DNA of 64,000 nt from Azolla caroliniana. Taxonomy: Eukaryota > Plantae > Polypodiophyta. Below are positions 1-13,049 of this stretch, in pieces (within the stretch, counting starts at the first letter, position 1; each line of letters starts with the position of its first letter). Location: the NCBI GenBank assembly GCA_043228905.1, contig JBHGNT010000001.1:9920001-9984000 (forward strand). The letters are read 5' to 3'. The notes beneath the pieces were generated by a model that made no database searches, was not told the DNA's origin, and saw nothing but the letters and a program-made list of their open reading frames with translations. Position numbers and translations under genes: made by a program.

Positions 1-790
1 GTCCTTTGCCTTTACATAATCCAATTCATGTAACTCATATAGAACATCTCAAAACAAACTGAATCTTGAAGTCTTTGATGCCCCAGAAGGAAGCATATTA
101 TGGGCATTCATGTTTATCTGCTTTACAGTTGTCAATTAAATGATTTTGGGCACTATAATCTAGTTGAGAGGTGCAATCTTCACATTCGTTTCATTGATAT
201 TCTAATTTAGCTATTTCCCTCCTTTTTTTGGCAAATGTAAATGTGTAACATCAGTGTTCATGCTCGATCTCATTAGTGCCTCTCAATAGTTATGTTCCCC
301 TGCTGCTACTTAACCCGATTCGTGTAAATAATATAAAACACCTCATAGAAAACTGAATCTCAAATTATTTGATGCCAAAAAAAGAGCATATTCTGGTGTT
401 TCATGTTGCCCTACTTCGTGTATGTCGCTGACATTCTTCTGGCACTCCAATTTAGATGAGAGGTGTAACCTTCTTTTTGGCATCTCTACGAGGGCAACAT
501 AAGGAGTTCATGCTTGAAACTAAATTATTATACTTGTCAATGCCAAGAGGAAAGCATATTACGGCTTTTCAAGTCAACCTACTTTGCATATGTCTATTAA
601 GTTCTTTTGAGCACTCCAATCTAGATGAGAGGTACAACCTTCACATGTATTTTGTTCATATTTTTTTTGGCAAGCCAGGGTAACACTTGAGTTCATGCTT
701 GATCTCATTAATGCTTCTCAATAGCTATATAATCTTGCGTTTACGTAACCTAATCAGTGTAATCATATATAACATCTCACAGATAAAAAT
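1..790. repeat. Degenerate ~200-290 bp tandem repeat (about 3 copies), probably intronic in DRP2
   Basis: Blocks recur: 'tgatgcc..aga.gcatatt' at ~77, ~370, ~541; 'gcact.caat.tag.tgagagg' at ~149, ~442, ~610; 'gttcatgct.gatctcatta' at ~256 and ~691. Confidence 0.6.
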
Positions 791-1365
791 GAACGCTGAC
801 AAACTTCTACTGAAATAATCGTGCAGTATATGCTAATTACAAGGGCAAAAGAAATAGAACTTGAGAAACTTTGGGTTTCTAGAGGATTAGGTAACTTCCT
901 CTTACACCATTAGGCTATTTAATAAAGAACTCTTAGAGTTTTACGAATATGGTGTGAAATCTTCTTCCCAATTCTCTCACCCAAATAGAGAAGCAAAAAG
1001 CACATCTGAGAGTGACTAATCTGAAGCATAAATCTGGGATTATCGATGGAAACGTGTGTGATCATCAATCATGCCTTTAATAAATGCTTCTGCTGCTCTC
1101 AGCTGCCACTTCTTCTCACCCTTTTCTGCCATCACATATCCCCTTAGACCATTCTATTTGCTCACATCTACACGCTTATATTGTCTAAGTACATTTAGAT
1201 TTGGGGACTTATGCTTGGTTTATGGCGTAGAATCATGCTCTTGGTCCAGTGCTTATGGATCACAAGAGAAAACAATGCTTGTTTGGTGTGTTATCTTATA
1301 TACTTTCTATCTTATCAGCTGCTATTTTTTGTTACAAAAATGAATTCTCTTAATTTTTTGGTCAG

Positions 1366-4300
1366 GCTTGAAGGACGCTCACAAGAAGTTAATGAGGAGT
1401 TTGTTAGATTAGGAGAATCATTGGTGCAATCATCTGAAGGCATTCGTGCCATTGCTTTAGAGTTATGCAGAGAGTTTGAGGACAAATTCCTTCAGCATAT
1501 AAATACAGGGGAGGTATGTCTAGCATTCTATTCTTTTTATTTTCATTCTTTTGTATGACCTTTCTTTTCTTGCAATTTTTGTGTGAAGAAGAAAACAATA
1601 TATATGAACGTTACACAAGACATGAAAATGGCCTGTAAGCTCTAATGAGAGATTCTATTAAAAATCCTCAGGTTAATGCCAACATGATACTTTTATGGGA
1701 AGAAAGAAATATATATTAATGTTTACTAGAGACAGAAATTGACCTATGAGACAAATCATGATTATAATATGATTAACTTCATGCAATCCACCTGTAAAGT
1801 AAAAGCAGTAAGTTTAGTAAGGGCCATGAAGTTCATATCTACTATTATGTATGAGATGAGTGATGGTGAGGGGACATGATTGATGTCGGATGTCGGTCAG
1901 TGTGCTGGATTGAGGCAATTCTGAAGAAGTACACCAACTGTCATCATGTGAAATGATATACTTGTGGTATCAACATATGTCTTGTATCTTGACACCAGTT
2001 GCCGATTTTCCTTCACTTGGAAATGGCAACTCATTGGCACACTGTGCTTGAGGTGGGAGCCTCTGGAAGAAGACACTGATATATATTCAAATGTCTTGGC
2101 ATCCGATAGGACTATATAAAATTTGATCCCTATGGCTCTGAAGCTTGAGGAGGCCTTCGCCATAGTGGCAGTGATTAGGAGTCTCCATCATTTGTCTGAG
2201 GGTGATGTGCTCGGGACGAGTTTGATACTGTCTTGTAGAACGGGCATCGGCACAAAAGTTTTCCTCGCATTTGAACTCTCTTATACTTGATATATCAATT
2301 TCTCACCTCCTACATGTGTGATGTCACTACTTATTTCCGCATGGACTTCTAAGAAGGCATGAGGGAAGAAACATTCTTTGTTTTTCACCAATGGTGCTTG
2401 TGATGACCGTTGATAACCTCTTTGGAGTCCCCATTGCTTTGTCATAAAATGCACATATTGCCGAGGCCATTTTAGGGAGGATTTTGAGTGAATGGAGTCT
2501 CTGTAGGAAACATTCTCTTGGTGCCATATTAAAGGTCTTGTGGAAATCCACAGGTAATAGTGGTCCTAATTTCTTTTGTGCTTTTGCTTGGTTGTAACTT
2601 CCATTTGGTGTTTAGTTGCATTTTTTTTATTAGTCACTATGGATGGATGGCTTTATTCCAGCTTTGCATCCCCTGTGCTGTTTCCTTTCATTGTCCCTGT
2701 CACATACCTTTGTTTGAGCTCCCTCCATTGAATGCCTATTTCTCTGTCTGCATCCCTTTCCCATCCCTGAAACATAGCTCCTTGTGACTGAACTTTATGC
2801 TCAAGGTACTTGTATGTACATCAATTTTTTTATTGGATATAATCTAGTTACATCGTCTTATGAAGACCTCCTTACCGAGCTGAGAGAGTTCTGAATCTTT
2901 TTGTGTGTCTGTGATTCCGATGAGCATTCGAACAATGATTTTTGTGGAGTGATGTCAAGGACATTCTTTTAGAAAGAATTTGTTCAACCAAATTTTCTGA
3001 ATTGAGCTTTGCTAATGCATGCTCTAATGTTTCCATCTCTAACTAGATCTGCATGATTTGAATTTATTATATTTTGGAGGGAGCTAGAAAACAAATCTTT
3101 ATACTTTTATGGAATAATTATTCACAGTTTATAGTCATTTTCAAAACCTATGTGTTGGAGTTGTATGAATTTTAATATTCTGTAATTGGATCAAATATGT
3201 ATGACAGGGTGGAAGTTGGAAAGTCGTTACAAGCTTTGAAGGAGCACTTCCCAACAGGATAAAACAGCTTCCTTTGAATGACCTGTTTGATCTAAACAAT
3301 GTTAAGAAGGTAATTTATGCAAAAATATAATCTACATTCCAATGTTAAGAACGTATGTATAGCGTAGAAGGGTTTTATAACTTTGGGGAAGTCAGACTCT
3401 TTGTATTTCAAAAGTGAATATTCAAATGTTGTAAATGATTATAAATGCTCCTAATACGTTCTTGTAAGCCATTGAACTAATTGATAAAGAATTCGTAATA
3501 ATTACATAATTGAATTGAAACTCAATAAGTTGCGTATCTAAATTCAGTATACATTCTCTAATGCTGTAAGAAGAATAAATAGATCTGATTCTATCATGAA
3601 TGATGGAATTTGATCTAATTTAAATTTTTTTCCATTGAAATACAGCAAGTTTTTGTATAGTCTTGAACTGAGGCTTTTGTAATTTACTCTTAACATTTTG
3701 TGAGGTTGAGAGAAAACTAGGAGCACTATGCTACAGTTAACACCAATTTCAGAGATGAGACTTCAAATTACTGATCATGATGAGTTGACAGCAGTTGCAT
3801 GTTCATGATCTAGGAACTGAATGTTGTTGACAGCTAAATCTATCCATCATAAGTTGAAATCGTCAATCTTCATTTTGAATATATTAAACGAAATATATCA
3901 GTTGGTTTAAGGCATCTTTGCCACCTCTGACTCCATTGAAGTTTATGATCCATAATCTAATTCTCTAAAGCATAACTCTTGTATATGCTAACTCCTATCT
4001 GGTTACACTCATACTTTGCGTTTTGCACATGTGAAATGATGACCTCCTGTAATTAATCACATGTTGTGCATGTATCAGATTGTTCTGGAAGCAGATGGAT
4101 ATCTTCCTTACCTTATATCTCCAGAGAAAGGTCTTAGAGCACTCGTTCGCAAGGTCTTGGAATTAGCTAAAGAGCCTGCTCGGCAATGTGTTGATGAGGT
4201 GAGACAATTTGTTCTGTATTGTGAAGATAAATATTATGGCTGCCATGCATATTTTCAAAAAGGCCTCTGTGTGATTTATTATGTGGTTGTTATCGTAGGA

Positions 4301-7300
4301 TCCCAAGTCAATATGGAAATTTGATAGTCTACGTTGTCTTCTCTTATATTTAGAATATCAATTTATTATATGCATGGCGAAAAAGAATACATGAAATAGA
4401 ATATCAATTTATTGTAATCATGTTCAGAGGAAAATGCTGGTTAGATGTGAAAATAGTATTCTACACAGACACAATGTCATCTTTGTTTGACTGTCTCCAT
4501 TATATGCAATCCTTACCACTCCTGAAAGTTGATAGACAATGTGTGCATATTCATTTTCAAGGATGAGGGGTGGTTAATTTTGGTCGTCAGGTGATCATAG
4601 TACTATCACCAAAATCAATGACAAATCATTGCAAATTATCATACAGTTCACAAGCCATCTGTTGAGTCAAGCCTCCATATTTTTCATAGCCTACAGTACA
4701 TTCGATGAGGATAATTTTGCAAGGATGGAGTTGATTTGGCCTTGTACCCACATCTGTCATTATGAAATATGTTGTTTCCTGAATGAAAGAAGTGACACAC
4801 TTTCTACAATTTCATGCTGGAAATGTTTCATGCAATTTTTTAGTGATTCCAATTTAAGGATAATTCGACACAGGTTTCTAAGATGCACGATCTTGGTTGT
4901 GCACAGATATGCCAGTCAGATGGAAATGGATATCAACATAAAATTCTGACATTGAAATTTTGTTACTTTGGATTTTGATGTGGCCTGTGAAATTCCCTGA
5001 ACATCTTGGTGCTTAATAGTCTGGTACTAGATGACAGAAAATGAGTATATTATTTCTGCAAAATGAATTTCATGATCCTTAGGTTGACCCCCTCATAACT
5101 TATTTGTTGTCATTCGTATTTTTGTTGTTCTAAATACTTTGTTTCTTCTGTTTATTTTTGAAAAGTTTATGATTGTGTAGAATATTGTTGCATAGAAAGT
5201 AGAGCTGATATTTTAAGTATTTCTAGGTTCATCATATCCTAGTTGATATTGTTTCATCAGCTGCATCATCAACATCAGGTTTGGGAAGATATCCTCCCTT
5301 CAAGCGTGAGGTAAAATCAGTGTGTATTACTGTTAGTATGTGCAACTTATAGGCATATAGAATCTTCAACTGTTGCTGATTGATATAGGTTGTGGCAATT
5401 GCGAGTGCTGCACTTGATGATTACCGTTCTGAGTCAAGAAAGATGGTTGTTGCTCTAGTGGATATGGAAAGAGCTTTTATACCGCCTCAACACTTCATTC
5501 GGCTTGTGCAACGCAGGTGTGGCTGGAGTGGTGAATGTAGATACTATTATACTGTCATGTTCGTTTAGCAATATTCTGCCCTCTGTGCATGCTCCAAAAG
5601 TTTTTGATGGGAAGGGGTATAGGTAAAAAGGTAAATGAAAATTTCAAAATCTGATATATATTCCCAAACAGATCTAGAAACAGCAGTCTGCTTGTTCGAC
5701 ATTCGTGATGTCTATTATCTTCTGTATTTGAAACTTGTTTCCGTAACTGCAATACTTTTCAGTCCTGCTACCATGTGATTATGCATGTGTTGGGAAAAGG
5801 CAACCTCATTGAACCCAAGATTTGTCTACTGTTAAATATACTATATAATGTGTCCCAACAATATTAGATAATATCAAAGTAGTTTGAGTTAATAAATATT
5901 TCTGTATATATACTGTGGTTTGTATTATTTCTGTTAATAATATGTCATGTGGTTATATCATTTGACAGAATAGATATATCCACACAACATTTTATTGAAC
6001 CCAAGATTTATCTATTGTTAAATATACCATATAATATGTGTCCTAACAATATTAGATAATATCAAAGTAGTTTGAGCTAATAAATAATTGTGTATATATA
6101 CTGCGATTTTTATTATTTCTGTTAATAATCTGTTGTGTGGTTATATCATTTGACAGAATGGATATATCCACACAAAATATTATTGAAACCAAGATTTATC
6201 TATTGTTATATATACCATATAATGTGTCTTAACAATCTTAGATAATATCAAAGTAATTTGAACTAATAAATATTTGTGTATATATACCGTGGTTTGTATT
6301 ATTTCTGTTAATAATGTTGTGTGATTATTTGTACAGAATAGACAGACAACGAAGGGAAGATGAATTAAGGCAAAAAACATCTAAAAAAGTTCAAGAAGCA
6401 GAGCAGTCTCTATTGAATAGAGTATGTTTTCTATTTATCTGATTCTCTTAGGTCAGGGTCGCTGTTTCTGTGCTTACATGGGTGATATTTGTTAAAAACC
6501 CATTTCATATTGTGTTTTTCTAGGCGTCCACACCTCCTCCACAAACAGGTAGTACTTTAAAATCATTGAAAGACAAGTTAACATCAGAAAAGGATACAAA
6601 AGAGACATCATCATTGCAAACAGCTGGATCTGCTGGAGAGCTTACAGCAGGTTGGGTTTTTTTGTATAGTGTAATTGTTGAAATGCGTGATTTTGTTTCA
6701 AACATGGAGCCATATTAAGGCAGCAGGTTTTGAACATATCATACATTGATACTAACATCAAATATGTTCTGTTATTATGATGTCTTGTACAGGGTATTTG
6801 TTTAAAAAAAGCTCGAAGACAAATGCTTGGAAGAAACGATGGTTCGTTCTGAACGAGAAGAATGGAAAGGTAATCAAATTAGAATTTACATCACTCTTGC
6901 TTTTGGAAAGAAGAACCAACTCCCTTGGATTTTGTATCTGCAGCTGGGCTATACCAAAAGTTCAGATGAAAAGCTTTTCAGAGGAGTTATCAGCTTGGAT
7001 GTAAGATTGTGGCTAAATGATTCTTTGTCTTATGTGTGTTGAAGTTTGAGATGCCTTTATGCTCATCTTTTTGTTCTCTGTGCTATCTACATATAGGAGT
7101 GTATTGTCGATGAGTGGTCTGAAAAGGATACAGGTGATGAGGCACAACCACCATCAAAATCTAAGAGCTCTAAGAAAGACAAAGTCAACACCCAAGATAT
7201 CAGTGATAGCTTCTGCTTCAAAATCAGCAACAAAGTATCATATAAGACCGTTGTTAAAGGTGTGGTTGTGAACTTGCTATACAGCATTGATGTGTTTGAG

Positions 7301-8485
7301 GCCATTGCATGCATTCTAAGGAAAAATGGTTGTTTGCAGCACACCATACAATAATACTCAAGGCTGAGACTGCTACAGACAGAAAAGAATGGATTGCCAA
7401 ATTACTCATTAAAGCTCAGGCATCAAAAGGAACTGCTACGGTGAAAGGTTCTTCAAATGATGTAGATTCTACACTGAGGACAAGCTTATCAGATGGTTCT
7501 CTTGTATGTGCTTACGTATTTGTTTACACGAAGTCAAAATGATGTTATTCCTTTTACCATTAAATGTAAAGGAGAGAAAATCATTATCTAGGATCCAGGT
7601 TCAGATTTTCTGATTGGATATCAATTCTGAAATTCTGTTTGTTTAATATAACATGTCACTGATAATTTCTGCAGGATAATGCTATCAGGAGACCTCTTGA
7701 TCCGGATGAAGACCTGAAACTGATGGCTCAAGAAGTGCGTGATTATGTTGAAGCTGTATTAAACAGTTTAGCAGCGAATATCCCAAAAGTGAGTGCTTAT
7801 TGGGACTAGTTCTGCATGTGTAACGTAATATGTAGTGTTTGATCTTAATTTTGTCATTGCAGGCAGTGGTTCTGTGTCAAGTTGAGAGAGCAAAAGATGC
7901 AATGCTCAATCAACTCTATAGCTCTATCAGGTAGTTTCTTGATGTGAACACTTCGTATTTCTTGTTTTAGAATTAGATGTTTAGAGGCTTTTTTGAATAT
8001 TGCAGCGCAAAATCAAATGAAGTCATTCAGGAGCTTTTGGAAGAGGATAAAGATGTTAAGAAACGGCGTGAACGAGCTAGATTACAAGCTTCATTGCTTA
8101 GCCGCTTAACAGGGCAATTAAGCGTGCATGAAGCTCGTGCGGGCTGGGCTGCTACCAGTGGTGGTAAGTGAAATTTGCAGAATCTTTTAGTCAGAAATTT
8201 GGTTGGTTACAACTTGTTTAATTGTTTATGATGATTGGACTTGGACCATGATCAGGGAGTGATGGTATGACGAGGGGCGAGGATTGGCGTGTTGCATTTG
8301 AAGATGCTGGAAATGACAGTTATCGAGGGTCTTCAGAACAGAACAGGATAAATGCAAATGGAGGATATAGTCGGAGGTTTGGTGACCAAGAAGATAATGG
8401 CGATGTAAGTTCCAATAGAAGAACGCCTTCTCGTTTACCACCTGTCCCACCGTCTTCCTCTGGGGGATCTATGTATAGATATTAG
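1366..8485 (+). CDS. DRP2: Dynamin-related protein 2 (plant DRP2A/B type: middle domain, PH, GED, Pro-rich tail); 5' exons lie upstream of the window
   Basis: GT-AG exons in frame: 1366-1513, 3208-3309, 4079-4198, 5227-5310, 5389-5516, 6337-6421, 6524-6650, 6793-6869, 6944-7000, 7097-7259, 7340-7503, 7675-7788, 7863-7930, 8006-8163, 8256-8485. Motifs: [54 protein letters not shown] domain [49 protein letters not shown]-terminal [12 protein letters not shown]. Confidence 0.93.
1880..2790 (-). mobile_element. Decayed non-LTR retrotransposon (RTE/L1-type reverse transcriptase fragment) in a DRP2 intron
   Basis: Minus ORF 2327-2551 [18 protein letters not shown]...AICAFY...STIGEKQ resembles the LINE RT segment DFxKAFDxVPRxxLWxRL...IGVKQGCPLSP. 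Boundaries approximate. Confidence 0.6.
5808..6345 (+). repeat. ~187-bp tandem repeat x3 in a DRP2 intron; the last copy supplies the real 3' splice site
   Basis: 'attgaa(c/a)ccaagattt' starts at 5808, 5994 and 6182. Each unit contains acceptor-like 'acag|aat(a/g)ga' with AG at 5967-5968, 6155-6156 and 6335-6336 (real). Confidence 0.9.
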
Positions 8486-9973
8486 TCTCATAAAGGGGTT
8501 ACAGTCTTTAAATGCCCTGTCATTTTGAGTTATATATGGGGGGTAATTTCCTGTATCAATCCCCCACATTTCTGTAATGCAATTATGTGTCCATAGGGGC
8601 AATTCTTGTACCTGTACTCTGCATTATTTTTTGGAATGCTAATCAACTGCCATATAAGGTTTTTGAAAATTGAGGAACAAATAAAGGTTTCAGTAGGCGC
8701 TGAAAGCTGATGGCAATACGTTGTAACTATGGTCTTTTTAACTTCACTTTCTAAACTAAAAAAAAACTATTTGTTTATAGCAACTGTGGTACAATGTTAT
8801 TATATGTAGCTTAGTTGGAATATAGGGAGGCTGTGTCAGGCCACATGTTGCATTGTGGTTTATCATTTCCAGCTCTTTACCGATTTAAATGTTACTGTAT
8901 GTATAGTTAATTAGTCATGAGACCAATGTACTTGTAACCCTAAACTATCATCCAGTGCTAATGTCAGAATGTTGTAATGAAATGCCTCATACATCTCCTT
9001 TGGACCTAGTGTTTCCTACCCTTCTATGGTGGATATTCGACTTTGATCCAAGGTCTACATCAATACCATTCTTGTCTGCACGGATGAATATATATTTCTA
9101 GGATGTTTGTGCTCAGTAAATGCTGATATAATAGGAAAAACATGTACAGAAATCCAATGCTGGAATTCCCCTCCCCCCCTTTAGGTGACCTACCTGCTTC
9201 ATTGTTATTGTGCAATTTGGGGCTTTATTATTGAGTAAAAAATACAGTGGAAATCTAAAATCCTCCTACATGCTTCATATAGAGGATGTTTGAGACCTTT
9301 GTATGATGTTATGTGCTTAATTGTACCCTCAATTCATGCTAAACTTTAGAGGTATATATTATTACAAGTGTGTTGAAGAAACCCCTAGTTTTTATCTATG
9401 TTAAATCACTAGTTAAAGCATATCATAGCCCATGGTTCATGGTTCAAAATAAACGTTAGGAGCACATGGTTCATTTGGATGAGTGATAGAGGATCCATTG
9501 CAAGCACTACCTCTTAGTATGTGAATAGTTGTCATTGGATCTAGAGACAATTGAGTGGGATATCCTTATTGGATATGTTGTGGAATTTTGTGGAAGCTTG
9601 AGTATGCTCCATTTATATATTTGTGAACTATGTATTTTGATGTCAACATGATACCTCAACTAAATTAAACATAGGCGATTTTAAATAGGCCTAATGATGC
9701 TTGTGTGACTTGACCTTCCAATTATATGATACATGATCATTTGTATTTATCACATTGTATATCATAGTATGTGATACTATTGCAATCATCCTTAGAGGAT
9801 AATATGTATGCGAATCCAAGGAATATCAATTGTGCATGGAATCAGGGAACTTAATAAATGACGAAAAAAAGATCTCATGGGTTCCGTTCTCAACATTAAA
9901 ACCTATTATTAGGTAAGCATCATCCATTCACATGGAACTCCACAATCTTCTCCTGACATTCACGAGTTGTGCC

Positions 9974-9977
<4 letters not shown>

Positions 9978-10010
<33 letters not shown>

Positions 10011-10016
10011 TGTATA
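9978..10016. repeat. (TATG)n microsatellite
   Basis: tatatatgtatgtatg... run immediately upstream of the MULE left TSD. Confidence 0.9.
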
Positions 10017-10033
10017 TAACGTGGCCGACATTG

Positions 10034-10192
10034 CGATGTGTCTATTATGACACAAATCATAAAGAGGGCTGGTGAGGGAATCGCGGCCACAGACGGCGCA
10101 GGTTGCTCAGAGAAGGCGCGTGCAATCTGCATCGTCGAATTTCGATAATGAAGAAGGCGCGAAAAATAAAGTTGTGCAGAGGTCGCCCAACC
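10034..10192 (+). repeat. MULE left terminal inverted repeat (~155 bp)
   Basis: Reverse-complement match to 16515-16672, including a perfect stretch caaatcataaagagggctggtgagggaatcgcggccacagacgg. Confidence 0.9.
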
Positions 10193-10630
10193 GTTGGGTG
10201 ACCAGTTTAAGCAGGTTGCCCAACTGCTTTAGGGCTTATATTGAGTTGGTCACCCAACCAACTCCATAAAAGATGCAGGTCACCCAACCGTTTATTTTTA
10301 AAGCGGTTGGGTGGCTAGTTTAAGCAAGTTGCCCAACTGCTTTAGGGTTTATATTGAATTGGTCACCCAACCAACCCAATAAAAGATGTAGGTCGCCCAA
10401 CAGTTTATTTTTAAAGCGGTTGGGTGACTAGTTGAAGCAGGTTGCCCAACTGCTTTAGGGTTTATATTGAGTTGATCACCCAACCAACCCAATAAAAGAT
10501 GTAGGTCGCCCAACCGTTTATTTTTAAAGCGGTTGGGTGACAAGTTGAAGCAGGTTGCCCAACTGCTTTAGGGTTTATATTGAGTTGGTCACCCAACCAA
10601 CCCAATAAAAGATGTAGGTCGCCCAACCGA
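10181..10630 (+). repeat. MULE left subterminal array: ~113-bp unit x~4 with multiple GGTCGCCCAAC motifs and an internal hairpin
   Basis: 'aaagatg(c/t)aggtc(a/g)cccaac' at ~10269, 10382, 10495, 10608. Each unit holds the inverted pair gtcgcccaaccg...cggttgggtgac and tttagggttt. Confidence 0.9.
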
Positions 10631-12479
10631 TGACTATAAAAGCCTAAAACCTGTCATTATCTCTCATTTTTTCAAACGAGATTGACAGGTTTCTTTTGCC
10701 GGGAAAGAGTTGGGCGTTAGGCGGCCTGCAATCAACATACACAACAATCAATCTCCTCCATCACTATTCCCAGGTATGTACTAAACCCTATCACATCACT
10801 TTTTCTGTTTTTTTTACATGTGGTAGGAATAGTTGAGGGATTAGGGTTTGGAGTAGTTGAGGGATTTTGTTTCTTGTTGAGGGATTACAAGGATAAGGAT
10901 TCATTACTAAAATCATGTAGAAGGCTCTACCTCAGACATGAAATCTATGCATTGAATAAGGTAGCAGTATTCGATATTGCATCCTGAGTCTTTTAACTAC
11001 ATAGTTAAGGTACAAAACATGGATATGCCATCACTATTATCCCCCCAAAACAAATGGAAAAAATAGTAATAATAATCACAAAGCTGCATTTGAATTGTCT
11101 CAATCCTTGGTTTGATTGATTCAAAAAGGGGTATTTCAATCTTCCCCCTAAGATCATCCACATCAATTACCACATTTTTTTAATCTTCTTCGAGAATGTG
11201 TAACACTTTTCGCTGAGCGGCATGCAAGCAACCTCTACATAACGAAAGGAAAACTATCTTATGTTCTATCAATTACACATTCACTCATCATCATAATCAT
11301 GGTTCCATACCATCATCAATAGCCTTACCCCCTCTTCATAAACCTTCTTACTTCTTTAATCCTGTACTCTCTCTAGTTTACCAACACCAGAGACTCTGGC
11401 TTTGATTCAATTAACTCTCTTTTATTGTCAATCCCCAGAGACAGCTCTGTGCCATGTTTAAACTGTCTCAATCCTTGGTTGATTCAGAATGGCATTGATT
11501 TAACCCTGAAGTCATTCATATCATTATCATCAAATTTTTTTAGTCATCAACAATGTGTAACAATCTCATTGTCATCTTTTCTTTTCTTCATTTTTTTAGT
11601 CATCAATAATGTGTAACAATGGCACTAAAGCATTGTCATTGTTCCATCCTCATCTTTTTTTCTTAGAGGTCACATCAACCACATTCACTGCAACACATCT
11701 TCATCTTCATTTCTTCTTCTTAATCAACCAATATTTACTGAAGATGTCTCATTTTTCATTCATTTTCTCTTTCTTAGATCATCCACGTTTTACCAAAAGC
11801 ATTCTCATTCTAATCTTTCGACTTTTCCTTTTAGGACAAACCACATTTACTAAATCATTTAACCTTCATCTGTTGTTTTGCACACAATCCTTACATACAG
11901 GGATGGTCACCACCATCATCATTATATTCCTCCTCCTCTAATTAGGGATTTGGAACATGATAAGTAGGATATAACATATGGGGAGATTTGGAAGTGAGGG
12001 ATTAGGGTTTAATGATTTGCTTGCTTAAACTTAATATTGTGTGTGTTTGAGTATTAAATTCAAAAAATGTTTGATTACGTCATGAAGACTATCCAAATGT
12101 TGGTGGGGGAGTTCTTACAAGGATGGATATCTCCGACTTTAGTAAGTGTAATTGCAATGCCTTATTCATGTGGATTGTGTATAGATGTGTTCTTATACAT
12201 ATTTGGTGACAGGGCACAAAGATGTGGTTCACCAAACACGAAGTGGATTCACTTCGGAATCATATGGACGAGTGGGCACGAAGGGTACTAGGATTTGCAC
12301 CTGTGACCGGTGGCTCCATATTGTAAATTTTGTGAATGTTGTTTTCAGCACAAATTTTGCTATATAGCTGATGTTATAACTATATTTTGGAATCCACACA
12401 AATTTTGTATAGCGAGAATCGACTCATTGTATATCGCGATTACTTATTAATGGAAATGTTGTTTACAACAAGTGTTTAT

Positions 12480-13025
12480 CTCAAGTTGATTTGTTGTTTT
12501 AAACCAATCACAAGTTGTGATCTAAAGGTGATTTGTTGTTTTCAACCAATCTAAGTTGTGATCTAAAGTTGATTTGTTGTTTTAAAAGTTTCTCAAGTTG
12601 TGATCTCCAATAGATTTGACTTTTTAACCAATCATCTACTTAATCCTTTCTCTATCTTATTAGTAAATTCTAATTTCACACAGCTCCTAGTTCCTAAAAG
12701 ACTTTCAATTGACTTTAGCAACGTTCCTAGAACCTTCCTCGTGTATGTCTAAAAAAAGGACTTAATCACATTCTCTGTCTTAATCACGTTCTTATAATCC
12801 CATTCTCTATCTTAATTAGGTTCAATTAATTACATTCTCTAGCTTAATCAGATTCTTATAATCATCGTCTCTATCTTAATCATAATCTCTGTCTTAATCA
12901 AATTCACTTAATCACATTCTCTAGCTTAATTAGGTTCAATTAATCAAATTCTTATAATTGTCGTCTCTATCTTAATCAAATTTACTTTATCACATTCTCT
13001 AGCTTAAATTACCTCTGATTAATCA
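12480..13025. repeat. AT-rich short tandem repeats upstream of the transposase (~42-bp unit x3-4; degenerate cttaatcacattctct-type units)
   Basis: 'gttgatttgttgtttt..accaatc..aagttgtgatcta' recurs 12485-12630; 'cttaatcac.ttctct' recurs 12760-13025. Confidence 0.7.
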
Positions 13026-13049
13026 CTACAAGAAAACCAAGTTGTCGAG

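Noticed and set aside
10181-10630. CRISPR-like appearance of the palindromic repeat array (also 16351-16525)
   Set aside because: Left units are near-identical throughout with no unique spacers, and right spacers are only 5-13 bp. Both lie inside transposon ends in eukaryotic DNA with no cas genes.
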